Assembly (NCBI GenBank): GCA_916438855.1
Contig: CAKAFW010000001.1
Coordinates: 241,877 to 305,876, forward strand
DNA length: 64,000 bases
Source: an uncultured Candidatus Saccharibacteria bacterium
GTDB taxonomy: Bacteria > Patescibacteriota > Saccharimonadia > Saccharimonadales > Saccharimonadaceae
Reading direction: 5' to 3'
Both the position numbers and the translations under genes were made by a program. Below the pieces are notes generated by a model. That model had not been told where the DNA came from, ran no database searches, and worked only from the letters and a program-made list of their open reading frames with translations. This document shows positions 34,001-45,344 of the stretch, piece after piece (positions within the stretch are counted from its first letter, which is position 1; every line of letters begins with the position of its first letter).

Positions 34001-34436
34001 GCGTCGTGTAGATCGTTGGTCAGCAGCTGGGTAAGCTGCATCGGCAGGCTCATAAAGGTGCCGAAAAACAGAATAGCCACCACAATAGCCGCCAGAATAA
34101 CCCCCACAAAGGGCCCGGCTAGGTTGCTACCATATTTATAGGCGGCTGCGGCTGCTTTGCCCTTGACGCCACCAGTTTTGGCCAGCTTTTCGGCGGTTTT
34201 ATCGGCTGCCTTTTTTTGCCAACGTTATTCGCCCAGGAGCCCCCGCCCCCACCAGCTTCTTGGCCAGCAGCACCAGCCCGGCTACCGGTGGCCCCGGCTT
34301 CTTCATTAGCAGCACTAGCCTCGGCGTTATGCAAGCTTTTGCTTAACGGGTTTAAGGCTTGATCATAATACGCGTCCGCTGGGTTGGCACCGGTATCTTG
34401 CTCTTGGTCTGGTCTGTCGTCAAGCAGTGTGGCCAC
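31083..34436 (-). CDS. Cassette B gene 1: ~1100-aa membrane protein with C-terminal M23 peptidase (frameshifted)
   Basis: Fragments 34119-34436, 33919-34107, 32960-33910 and 31083-32939; C-terminal FGWPV, HYALD, YSHL, VKVGDKVNKGQ and NPL. Confidence 0.75.
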
Positions 34437-36294
34437 AGGCTTTGCTTACTCCTATTCGTATGGGCTCCGTTGGTTTGAGGGCATTCTGGCGCAGTTGCTC
34501 TACCGGCGTGGTGGATACCAGCTTGGTTTCGGTATCGCTAGCAATCACCTGAATATGCACGTGGTTTTGGCCAGCAAAGAACAGACCCTGCCCCACCGGG
34601 AAGTTAGAAAGGCGCTTCTTCTCTTCTTCGGTTAGCTTAAACACATCACTCAGTACATCCACCGCACTGGTCGACTGCTTAAGTAGCAGCTGCATGGATG
34701 AGTTAGCCACAATGGCGCGGCCCATCTTGCTGCCCATAAAGTCCTCTACGTCCTGCGTGATGGTGGTGATACCCAGGTAGTACTTACGGGCGCGCTTGGC
34801 CAGGCTAAACAGGAAGTTGGCTGAGTCCTGGTATTTCATCAGCTGCCAGGCCTCGTCCACAATCAGCATGCGCTTTTTGCGGTGCGAGCGGGTAATGTTC
34901 CAGATGTGGCTCATCACAATATAGGTGGCCACCGGGCGTAGTTCATCCTCGAGGTCGCGGATATTAAACACCACCATGCTGTTATTAATATCGATATTAC
35001 TCTGCTGGCTAAAAATACCAGCAAAGGTACCGGTGGTAAACTTGCGCAGGCGCTGGGCCAGGCTTGGGCCAGTGCCACCCATGTGCACCAGGGTGTCGTA
35101 AAGGTCGCTCATGGTTGGCGGCCGGCTGGTGTGCGTCAGTGGGTCGCTGGTAATACCAACGCGGGCGTAGGTATCGATCAAGGCTTGGTCTAGGTCGGCC
35201 TCTTCAACTGGGCTAAGGGTTACATTGGTGTTGGTAGCGGTGGCACCACCAAGCATCAGGCGCAGCAGGCCGTGTAGCGTCACCAGGTTGGCGCGCAGGG
35301 CATCAGCGGCGTCTTCAGTATCAACCACCTTCGGCAGGTCAAATGGGTTAATGCGCACGTCAGAGCTCAGGCTTAAGCGAATATAGCTCCCGCCAACGGC
35401 ATTGCTGAGCTTTTGGTACTCGTTTTCGGGGTCGATAATGATCACTTCCGAGCCGGTCATCATACTGCGGATTGCCTCGAGCTTGACGGTGAAGGATTTA
35501 CCAGCACCAGACTTCGCGAACACCACCATGTTGGCGTTTTCGAGGCTAAAGCGGTCAAAGATCACCAGGCCGTTATTGTGCATATTAATACCGTACAAAA
35601 TGCCCTTTTCTTGGGTTAGGTCGGCGCTCGTGAATGGGAAGGAGGTCGAAATTGCGCCGGTGTTCATATTGCGGCGAATTTGCAGTTGGTCCATCAGCTG
35701 CGGTACGGTGCTATTAAGGCCCTGTTCCTGCTGGCTACTGGCTACCTTACTAAATACCAGCTGCTGGCCAAAGAGCGTTTCTACCTTGTTCTGGATAAAG
35801 GTCAGGTCGTCTAGGCTATTGGCATACAGGGTAATATAGAGCCCGTAGCGAAAGAACTTTTGGCTACCAGTTTGTAGCTCGTCGCGCAGTTCCTCGGCGT
35901 CCATCAGGGCAGATTCAAGCCCTGGGTCACGCGTGCGGCCCTTTTCTTGGTTAATGCTCATGCTGGCTTCGAGCTGGGTCACCTTCTTTTTAAGGTTTTC
36001 CATCACAATTTGGGTGTCCACTGGGTACAGGAACATACTTACATCAAGCACTTCATCCATATTGATGATATTACTGAGCCAGCCGGTGTAAATTTGGCGT
36101 GGGTAGCCATACACGTACAGGGTGCGGCCATACTTGGTGCCTAGGCGGAAGTGGTCGGTGTGGAACTCTAGGCTGCTTGGGGCGATAAGATCGCGCAGGG
36201 TGTTAACGCCCTTTAGAAAGGCAGCCTCAACTTCGGCAGCTTCGCGGGCGCGCTGCTGGGCGGCAATATCCATTGCTTTGCGGTTCTTGGCCAT
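34420..36294 (-). CDS. virB4: VirB4/TraC-like type IV secretion ATPase
   Basis: AKSGAGKS Walker A, IIDPENEY, INPFD, LIVDEAW, KRARKY and TQD motifs; RBS AGGAGG before MAKNRK. Confidence 0.92.
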   Translation of the reverse strand: MAKNRKAMDIAAQQRAREAAEVEAAFLKGVNTLRDLIAPSSLEFHTDHFRLGTKYGRTLYVYGYPRQIYTGWLSNIINMDEVLDVSMFLYPVDTQIVMENLKKKVTQLEASMSINQEKGRTRDPGLESALMDAEELRDELQTGSQKFFRYGLYITLYANSLDDLTFIQNKVETLFGQQLVFSKVASSQQEQGLNSTVPQLMDQLQIRRNMNTGAISTSFPFTSADLTQEKGILYGINMHNNGLVIFDRFSLENANMVVFAKSGAGKSFTVKLEAIRSMMTGSEVIIIDPENEYQKLSNAVGGSYIRLSLSSDVRINPFDLPKVVDTEDAADALRANLVTLHGLLRLMLGGATATNTNVTLSPVEEADLDQALIDTYARVGITSDPLTHTSRPPTMSDLYDTLVHMGGTGPSLAQRLRKFTTGTFAGIFSQQSNIDINNSMVVFNIRDLEDELRPVATYIVMSHIWNITRSHRKKRMLIVDEAWQLMKYQDSANFLFSLAKRARKYYLGITTITQDVEDFMGSKMGRAIVANSSMQLLLKQSTSAVDVLSDVFKLTEEEKKRLSNFPVGQGLFFAGQNHVHIQVIASDTETKLVSTTPVEQLRQNALKPTEPIRIGVSKACGHTA

Positions 36295-37285
36295 TACAAA
36301 GGTTCCTCCTGTTGTCATGGTAGGCCGTGGCGGTTTGCCCTCGCCCTTTTTAACATAGCTAAAGGTATTTTTGTTCAAAGTTACTGAGTGGCTCGCGCAC
36401 GGCAGTGTCGGGGTTGTAGTAGTTGTAGTAGAGCTTACCAAGCTCGCGGCTATTAAGCTGGGCGCAGTGCACACCAATTTGCAACAAACCGCTGGTAACG
36501 GAATCAACCCGGTTTTTAATCTCGTCCTTGGCCTTTTGGTAGCTGAGTTTATCGATCTTGGTCATCGATTGCCCCCCACCAAACAGGCGCTGGAAGAAGC
36601 CCTTGCCGCTATCTTTAATATTGCTCAAATCCCCACGATCGAATACGGAATTACCACGTAGAAAGTTTTATCCATAATGTTGGCTTCTTCCGACAGAATA
36701 TCGATAAAGTCGATGTAGTCATCCATCAGCACACCAAGCAGCATGTTATCCTGCGTTTTGCGGATATTAGTCAGGCGCTCCAGGTAGGGGCCGATATCAA
36801 CCTTTTGCGAGCGGATCAGGATCTGCACCGGGTGGGTCAGCGAGTTAATGAAGTTCTGGTAGGTAAGCTCGACGCCCTCGCGTTCGCGCGAGCTCATCAG
36901 GTCAAAGTTGATGGATTTACACGCAACCACCGCGCGGAAGCTGCCGTCGGACATAATCATCATATTATCGCGGATCTCTGAAAACAGCAGGCTATTCTGG
37001 GTGGTGTTCTTGGGCCGCGGTGGCTGGCTAGCTGGTGGCTGTGTACCCTGGGGCTTGGCGCCAGCTGGGGCCTGCTGCGGCTGCTGTGGTGGCATCGGGC
37101 GGCCGCCGGGGCGTGGCTGTGGGCCGGTGTAGCCGTAGCCCTGCTGTGGGTGGGGGCCCGGTGGTCGGTGGCTGAACCCCCTGGCGCATGGCGGGGTTGT
37201 AGCTTGGCTGTGGCTGCTGTGGTGGGTAAGACGCACCACGTTGCTGCGGGTTATTTGGGTATTGCTGCGGTTGTTGTGGTTGCAT
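36294..37285 (-). CDS. T4SS-associated protein resembling a VirB4 N-terminal module, Gln/Pro-rich N-terminus (frameshifted)
   Basis: TQNSLLFSEIRDN...SINFDLMS...QILIRS...FYVVIPY; lies between prgI and virB4. Confidence 0.7.
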
Positions 37286-37300
37286 GCGTACTCCTTACGG

Positions 37301-38575
37301 TTACTTTATGGTGATTGATGTGCTTGATGATGGGGGCTCGGTGCTGCTGGGCGGTTTGGGCGAGTTTGGCGGTGTATTGTGCTTGATTTCGAGCCGGTGG
37401 GCTTCACGCGCTAGGCTGGCTACAGAAAGGTCGGTGCCTTCGCTAGTAAGCTTTAACGATTTCTGGCGAGGGCTTGCTGTGCTGCGGCCGGGGGCGGAGG
37501 TCGACCTCCTCTTCCTCCCCAAGCGGTACTGGGCCAAGCGTTAGGCTAGCGTAGAGTTCATCCAGGGCTTGCTTGCCGGCTCCACGGTAGGGGTCACCAA
37601 AGGGATTCGGAGCTTGAGTTGGTGCTGGGGTAGCCGTTGGCGTAGGTGCTGGTGTTGGGGTGGGAATATGTGGTGGCAAGCTTGGTGGTGGTGTGCTTGG
37701 CTGGGCCGGCATGGTTGGCATAGGGATAGGCTGCGGCGTGGTTGGTGCTGGGGTAGCTTTGCTTGGCTTAGCTGGTGGCGCTACTTTTTGGCTTGGTAGG
37801 GTTAAGGCTAATAGTTTGCTTGGCTGGGGCCGCGGTTGGGGTTAATGTAACCGGTGGTTTGCTAACCGCTGGTAGCTGAGGCTTTGCCTGCTGAGCAGCC
37901 GGGGCTTGGGACGTCTGCGGTAATGGGCTAGTTGGCGGCGTGGGGGCTTGGGGTGGTGTATGGGGCGGCGCGGTTGTTTGAGCTTGCTGCATAGCGCGGT
38001 AGGCCGAAGCCTGGGTTTGCTGCTGTTGCTCAGAAATCAGTCGGTCAAAAATTCTGGGTGGCAGCGTTCGACTCACCAAGCATATCGCTGGCGGTATCGG
38101 CTTCGGCGTACAGGTCGCTACTAAGGTTACCACTAGCAGCTGGCTGGCCACCACGGATCGCCCAACCGCGTGAATCTACAATCGTGGTTAGGTAATCCAG
38201 TCGGCTACCGGCTTCCTCGGCAGAGATATTCTTGGTCCGTTCTGGCTCAACTTCCTTTGGGGCGGTAATTTCTACCAGCGAGGTAATCCCATCTGGCTGC
38301 CACATACGGCGGCGCGGCTTAATAAAGTGGAACGACACAATCGCCATCAGGTAGGTTTCCATTGGCTGGTCCTTTTTAAGCGGCAGGGCAAGCACCAAGA
38401 AGAGAATAACCATTGGTGCTGGGATAAGCGCCAGTGGGAGCAAGACTTGGGCTAGTGCCCAGCCAATCGCTATACCCATAGCGGCAATAATCAGGTAGAT
38501 GAATTGGCGCATGCTGAACGGCCCAAGGAGCTTATCCTCTGCCTCAACATCCTGCGGAACTTTGTAAACTGCCAT
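37301..38575 (-). CDS. PrgI-family (VirB3-like) protein with long Pro-rich tail (frameshifted)
   Basis: YKVPQDVEAEDKLLGPFSMRQF, two TM helices, KPRRRMW. Confidence 0.82.
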
Positions 38576-38678
38576 ATATACTATTTTTACCACCTTTAGG
38601 CTAATTTGGTTATGATTAAATGCTGCAGCAGCTTGGACAAATGTAAATCCAGATTTCCCACCCAGTAATACCTGAGTA

Positions 38679-41518
38679 CTATAGTGCCTTTTGCCTGATA
38701 TTTTCTTGGGCTTGAACTGGAATACGGTTCATGAAACGCTGGTCGGCTTGCAGTTCCCTGGCACGCCGCTGGGTCATACCGTTGCCACCGGTAACCTTGA
38801 TAAGTACACCCTTCTTCTGGCCTGCGAGGTCGCTGGCAGCCATCTGACTCCAGATTGCATCGTTTTCCAGTTCGTCTGCGTACCTGGTGCCTTCGGTTGC
38901 AGCAGTGAACAGTGCCATGTCTTTGCCCTTTATGCCAGCATGGTAGCGTTTGAAGTCTTTCGCAAATTCGTCTTGGGCACGCTTGCTCATGTGTGGACGG
39001 GCCTTGTCGATTGCTTCACCAATTGTAGCTGTATCACCAGCGTCTACTAGCTGTTGAAGCGTTGCAATAGTCATTGATTCTTCTTCATTGATCATTGAGT
39101 CAACCAGTCTATCCCCAAGCTCAGGTAGACTGTCATTAGCAATTTGCTGCTTAGCTAGCTTAATACCATCATCAAGAGCCTGCGAAGCTCCAATTGCTTT
39201 GCCTCGCTCTTGCTTAGCGGTATCTTTTTCCGCCGATAATCCCAAGTAGACCATCACCTTTTTCGTTCACCTTAGCGTTTGCTAGGTTCCTATAGAAGCT
39301 ACTTGTACGATCTTGGGCGCTAATCTTATTGCGTAGATCGTAGGCGGCAATTGCATCGTATTTTTCAGCTTCTTGGGCGTGGGTTGCGGCGTAGTCATCA
39401 TCCATAGCCGTGAGGGCTAGCTGGCTAAGCTGCTGGGTGCGGCCACGGCGGCGGCGGCGTTGATCCATACCGGTCAGGCCAGTGAACTTACCCACCCTAC
39501 CCACAAAGGCACTCTGGCGGCCGCTGCCATCTTGCCCAGCGGTCAGGTTGTCTTTGGCCTGACCCAGGCGCTCGGCACGGTTACGCTTAGCCCAACCCAG
39601 GGCACCACTGCCTTGGGCTTCCAGGTTGCCGCCCAGGCGCCCGGCAATACTATTGGCCGTCTTAAGCAGCCGGTAGCTGAATATAAGCGGTGCTACCTGT
39701 ATAAATAGTGCAAATAGGCCCATGATCATCTTCATACTGGCGTCCATGCTAGCCGTTTCGGTGGAGCTACCAATAATACCGCTTGCAACGCCACCCATCC
39801 CCCACAGCAGCGAGAACATTGGGTAAAAAGGCCAGCAGGGTTATCAGCGTATCGCGCCATTTATCAAAAATATTTATTGGTATTAGGTAAGAGATAGAGC
39901 GCCATAGCAATTGGCGAGACGGCAATCAAGATGTAAATAAGCGCCATGCGGGCTGCTAGAATCACCACAGCGGTAAAGGCTGCAATCACACCACCAATCA
40001 GCACTGGTAGGAGGATCGCAATCGCCAGGCCACCGTTGGCCATCAGGGCGGCACCAGCCACGGCCGCACCACCAACTGCAGCGCCACCGCTCAAAAATAC
40101 CGGTCACGATGCCGACCCAGCTGCTCATTTTTATCGGCGTTGTTGCCGCTACCACTGTTGCTGGCATTCGGTAGGCTATGTAGCAGCTGGTACACACCAT
40201 GCCCTAGTAGGTTTGAGATATCGACCATACCGGCACATATATAGTAGCTAAGATTGATAAGCACAGCGGCCACAATCAGGCGCGGCAACATACGCTTAAC
40301 GCCGTAGTTGCTAATACCGGTGCTGGTAATTTGTGAATACAGGATAAATAAGAACAGAATTACAAAAACAATATTGGCAATATTACGGAACTGCGACCAG
40401 ACCTTAAACAGGTTGTCGTCGCTGGTATTGCCGAGCGCGAGAGGCGGCACAACCACACCCTGCACCATAAAATGATACAAGTGGTCCATAGTGCCTGCCA
40501 TAAAGCGTGCTACCGGGCACACAAACCAGCCCACACCTTGTACGGCGCAGCTATCGGTGGTGTCGCCATCGCTGGTGGTTTGGGCCTCGTCAATGACGTC
40601 TGCCAGGGTCTTTTCACGCAGGTCTTGCGGGGCTTGGTCGGCGTGGTCAGCTAGGGTATTGGGCGGCATCGCTACACTTGCCTTTCCAGGCATCGGCGTT
40701 GCCGCGGCCGGCTCGCACGTTAAATTCGGTATCCTTTTTTATTCTCGAGCTTGAATAGCTTTTCTTTCAGCTCGCCACCATCCCATACTTTGGTAATAAT
40801 CCTATCTTCATCGCTACCTTTGGAGCGGTTTTTCTTTGGTGACGTCTTCTGAGCTACTGGCCTTACATAATTCAAAGAAGGTATAGTGGTTTAAGGCGTA
40901 GTAGTCTTGGTCGTTAAGATTTAGTGCACCACCTTGCTTATCGAAAGCGGCATCAAACATGTTGGAATCTTTGCCGGTTGATTTTGGTGCCTTAAAGTCA
41001 CCATTACCATTCACACAGTCACTACCATTAGCGCGCGTATAGCCAGCTGCACAGACGAACTCGCGGCGTTGCTTGGCTTCCTTCAGGCCATATAGCTCAG
41101 ACATGCCATCAAGCAGCCATCGGTCGTTACAATTGGCCTTGCCTTTATCGTCGCCTGAGCCAAGGATCTTACCAGCTGTAACACCAGAGTTTTTGGCATT
41201 CTTACCAAAGTATTCGCCGCCATCAATTTCAACATCACTAATAGTAACGTCTTTTGATTTAGAGCGGGCACCACCAGTGTAGGTATTATACTGCTGGTCG
41301 GCATGGGGCTTAAAGTGCTTATCCGCACACTGGCTAAATACATTGCGGTAACTTTCTGCCTTGAGACGGTCCAGGGAGGATTTTTTACTAAAGTCTTCGG
41401 CCGCGTAGGTGGTTGCTTGGGTAAAGAACCCGGCTATGACTAGCACAGCACCAGCAAATAAAAGGCAACGCCGCAGCAGCGGGCGCCGTCGCATAGGGGC
41501 AAGGCGTTGCAGTATCAT
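38679..41518 (-). CDS. Extended VirB6/TrbL-like polytopic membrane protein (frameshifted)
   Basis: Core WSQFRNIANI, KRMLPRLIVAAVLINLSYYIC..VDISN and AARMALIYILIAVSPIA..LYLLPNT; large N- and C-terminal extensions. Confidence 0.75.
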
Positions 41519-41693
41519 ACGTACCTACTATACAACACCGACACTGCTTATGGCAACCAGCATATGCGGCGGTTTAATAAATGGTAGCGCGCGTTGTAGC
41601 GCAGCTGCTGGACCTACAGAAACAAGTGCTGCAAAGAGAATCCCCTAGGCTTAGCACCACTGGCGGTGGCGTAGCCTAGGGAGGTTCTACGGC

Positions 41694-42284
41694 TTAGCAG
41701 GTGATGGGACCCATCTGCTTAACAGGTCCTGTCCATTCTACACCGCCGGTATTGGTGTAGAGCTGTACATCTATCACTTCACCTGCAGGAATAGTGATAG
41801 ACTGGCTGATTTCTTTAACCGTTTCTCGGCTGAATTCCTCATCCGAGGTGGTCAAGGAATGACCATCAACCGAAACGGTATACCTAACTGAAGTGGGGCT
41901 TTGGTTGTATCCAAAGCCAGTTAGGCTTACTAAACCAACCACACTATCAGGGGTCTCCTGATAGCACCGTAACCCGAAAATAGCTGTTATTATAGCTTTA
42001 TCGGACTCGGGTTTTGGTGCTGAGCGGTACCAAAGCTCGTGGCCTTCTGGTACCATATCATCCAGAGTTACATCTGGTGATGGAACGAACAATTTCTCAT
42101 CGAGTTTATCGATGATATGCAGCGGGCCATCTTGGCGGGCTGCAGCGATCTTTTTGGCCTCCCCGCCGGGGGCGGCCTCGTTATCACTCTTGCAGGCGGC
42201 AAGAGTGATTGCCATTATAGCGACCATTACCACCATGGCGATGGTAGTAAGAGCGTAACGGCGGTGTGTTAGTTGAGTGGACAT
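41694..42284 (-). CDS. Predicted lipoprotein of unknown function
   Basis: Hydrophobic signal ending in the lipobox LAAC. Confidence 0.65.
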   Translation of the reverse strand: MSTQLTHRRYALTTIAMVVMVAIMAITLAACKSDNEAAPGGEAKKIAAARQDGPLHIIDKLDEKLFVPSPDVTLDDMVPEGHELWYRSAPKPESDKAIITAIFGLRCYQETPDSVVGLVSLTGFGYNQSPTSVRYTVSVDGHSLTTSDEEFSRETVKEISQSITIPAGEVIDVQLYTNTGGVEWTGPVKQMGPITC

Positions 42285-42449
42285 CTGTCCACCCCCTTTC
42301 TGTAGGTGCGAAAGTGAGACTCCAGCGGGTGCTGGTCACTTTAATCTATTAAAAACATAGCCTGTACAAAAAGTAAATAACATTGCAAAAAAATATACTG
42401 CTTGTGGCTAGCCGTCAATTGGTTATGGCTACGCTGCCCCTCCCCCAAG

Positions 42450-42480
42450 CAAATACCCCTGGGTGGACCAGGGGTATTTG
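42450..42480. terminator. Intrinsic terminator
   Basis: caaatacccctgg-gtgga-ccaggggtatttg, 13-bp stem. Confidence 0.8.
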
Positions 42481-42502
42481 TGTAACGGTGGGCGAACGGT
42501 GC

Positions 42503-43535
42503 CTAGGTAAAGCGGGCGCGAATACCTTCTGCCATAATGGTGCGTGTATTGACCCACACGCCGTTGTTTTTCGGTTGGGACGGTTTTCTTAAGGTCCCAC
42601 ACGTTTTGTGAGCTATCCTTGGCCTCACCGTCCTTGGTGAATGGGCTGGCATCATCCGGTACAACATATTCAAATATATGCAGCAGCTCCGTTTGGTCGG
42701 TTGAATATTCACCAACATGGTTGCGGGCGTAGGCTTCTTGGTCCTTCAGGTAGCCTTGCGGGTATTTTGCCTTTACCACAATAGATGCTTGTGGGTCGGT
42801 GTAATCATAGCCGTAGCCTGGGTCACTACCGAACTGCCACGAGCCCACTACCTTACCGGCTTTAAGCGTGATGGTTTTGGCTGGTTTGCCACTACTGCCA
42901 CCGGTGGCCGCCAGTGAATTATCGGTAAAGAAATCCGGGTCAAAGTACTTGGTGCCACCAGTATGGGTGCGATTGTTCATCGAGCTTAGCGTATGAATAG
43001 CCGCCCCAAAGCCCTTGTTATCGGGGTTGGCGGCCAGGGCGTTCAGGATAGTCATATTATTGACCATATCCTGCGGGCTGGCCTCGCGGTCGGTAATATT
43101 AAAATGCTCGATCTTTTTGTTGCCAAGTTGCGACTGGTTGATAGAATCAATCGCCTCTTGGATCGATTGCTTCAGCGGGCTATTGCCCTCGGCCTCGTAC
43201 GCATTAGAAAGCTCCGTAATAAAGGCAATGGCTTCATCCTGCGTCACGGGGTTGTTGCTCTCTGGCCCGCGGCCAACAAACTTTTGCGAGAGCTCGGCAA
43301 CGCTGGATTGGTTATATTCGTTCTTTTCGGCTAGCGGCCCCGCCAGCTCGCTGGTGGTTGGGGCGGTTTCGCTGCTGGTGCTACCAGGTGCGACGGACGT
43401 AACGGACGTTTCGGGTGGAGGGGTTGGTGATTGTTCGCTTGCGCAGCTGGCAGTGGCAAAGAGGCCAATGGCGGCGGAAGCGGCTAATAATTTCTGCTTT
43501 CGTTCATGATTGAACGTTGGTTTGTTAAAATTCAT
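42503..43535 (-). CDS. Predicted lipoprotein with Ser/Thr/Pro linker (3' frameshift)
   Basis: RBS GGAGG; signal ending ATASC; the alternative-frame end ...IRARFT* stops just before the terminator. Confidence 0.65.
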
Positions 43536-43720
43536 CTGTGTTCCTCCATACAGATTTAGTTGATAATATGCCAACATAAAAAAATATCAACACTTGTATC
43601 GTACCATGGGTTTGTACTGGGTGCAAATTACTCGCTAAATTACCTCTTGACACAAACGGCCGACCAAAAGCATAATAAGGGTAATATTAAATACATATAA
43701 GTATAAGCGGATTAGTAACC

Positions 43721-44162
43721 ATGGTACAAAACATATAGCAACCGGCGGCGTTGGTGGGCCCACCATGTGGTTGGTTTTACAGCGGCACTGAGCATGATGC
43801 TAGCCGGTGCTGGTATGCTGGCACCCCCAGCCCACGCCCGTGACGGCGAAAGCAAGTGTGGCGAGGTCACAACCTCGCTGATTAAGTGTGATGATATCGA
43901 TAAATACTCCAAAGTTAACGAGAATGAGGGTGGCTACATCTTCGACCTACTCGGGTTCTTTATTCGTATCCTGACGACTGGTGTGGGTATCGTGGCAGTA
44001 GGTGGTATAGTGTATGGCGCCATCCTGTATGCCTCTGCGGCCGACAACCAAGCCCAGGTAACCAAAGCGCTCGAGGTCATTCGTAATGTGGTGATTGGCC
44101 TAGTAGCCTACGCGCTAATGTACGTACTAATTGAATTCCTAATCCCAGGAGGACTATTCTAA
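43721..44162 (+). CDS. VirB2/TrbC-like pilin 1
   Basis: Signal peptide, two TM helices, GAILYASAAD...KA...NVVIGL. Confidence 0.78.
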
Positions 44163-44614
44163 TGAAACAGTGTAAAACTCTGCTGGCGGGCCTGCTGCTG
44201 CTTGGCGCCATGTTCGGCACGTCCCTACTGGCTACCCAGCCAAGCTACGCCCAATCAGCAGCTGAGGGCAGCAAGTGCAATGCACGCCTGCTCACCTTCC
44301 CAGCGTGGTATAACGGCCTACGCTGTATGACCGATAGCGGTGGCAAATCCAACATCAAGGTTGGTGGTAATGACGGCACGCCGCTCGAGAATGCCATTTG
44401 GATTATCGGCCTGAACGTGGTAGAAATCCTCATCCAGCTGGTGGGCTATGTCAGCCTAGCCTTTATCATCTTTGGTGGCTACAAGTACATGCTATCGAAT
44501 GGCTCGGTGGATGGCAACGAAAAGGGCCGCAAGACCATCCTCAACGCCGTGATTGGCCTGGTGATTTCGCTGGCTTCGGTGGCGATTGTTAATACAATTG
44601 TAGCGAATTTATAA
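44162..44614 (+). CDS. VirB2/TrbC-like pilin 2
   Basis: GGYKYMLSNG...GRKTILNAVIGLVI. Confidence 0.8.
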   Translation: MKQCKTLLAGLLLLGAMFGTSLLATQPSYAQSAAEGSKCNARLLTFPAWYNGLRCMTDSGGKSNIKVGGNDGTPLENAIWIIGLNVVEILIQLVGYVSLAFIIFGGYKYMLSNGSVDGNEKGRKTILNAVIGLVISLASVAIVNTIVANL

Positions 44615-44623
44615 GGGGAAATT

Positions 44624-44912
44624 ATGTATAACGCACTCACAACCCTAGCTCAGTTTTTAGATAGTGATGCTATTGGCGTGCGCAAGCACAGCGCCGATAA
44701 CGTCTTTGCTGGCGTGCTCACAACCGTCTATACCATCACTGGTATGGTAGCGGTGATTGTAATCATCATTGCTGGCTATATTTTTGCCACCAGTAACGGT
44801 AATGCCGCCAAGGCGCAAAAGGCCCGCCAAGCCATCCCTATACGCGGTAATTGGTATAATAGTGGTATTAATGGCCTTTGCAATTACGCAGTACGTCATT
44901 GGTAACGTGTAA
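44624..44912 (+). CDS. VirB2/TrbC-like pilin 3 (frameshifted)
   Basis: GMVAVIVIIIAGYIFATSNGNAAKAQKARQAI; second TM helix is in the shifted frame. Confidence 0.75.
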
Positions 44913-44925
44913 GGAGGAAGACACC

Positions 44926-45321
44926 ATGATACAAAAGACCGTCAAAGCGATAGCAGCCCTGCTGGTTGGCGCCACACTAGCCACTGCAATCCTCCCCGCT
45001 CCGACTCATGCAGCGGTAGAGGTTTGGGATTCGTGTAAGGGCAATGCCAATAGCGCGATTTGTAAATCATCAACCGCCGACCAGAATATTAACTCAGTGA
45101 TTGCCAATATCGTGCGCGTGATGCTGATCCTGCTGGGTTCTGTAGCGGTGATCGTGATTATCTATAGTGGGTTCCGCTACATTACCTCAAGCGGTGATGC
45201 TGCCCGCGTTAGTGCTGCCAAGAATACCCTCACCTACGCAGTGGTGGGCCTGGTGGTGGCAATTTTTGCCTATGTGATTGTCGATCTGACCATCCGCGGC
45301 GCAACATCTGGTAATATATAG
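44926..45321 (+). CDS. VirB2/TrbC-like pilin 4
   Basis: GFRYITSSGD...AKNTLTYAVVGLVVAIFAY. Confidence 0.82.
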   Translation: MIQKTVKAIAALLVGATLATAILPAPTHAAVEVWDSCKGNANSAICKSSTADQNINSVIANIVRVMLILLGSVAVIVIIYSGFRYITSSGDAARVSAAKNTLTYAVVGLVVAIFAYVIVDLTIRGATSGNI

Positions 45322-45344
45322 GTTAACAAAGGAGTATATACGAT

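Noticed and set aside
37020..38040. Repeat-like ggt/gct-rich DNA as a tandem repeat or CRISPR array
   Set aside because: It is low-complexity Pro/Gln/Thr coding sequence with no fixed repeat-spacer period.
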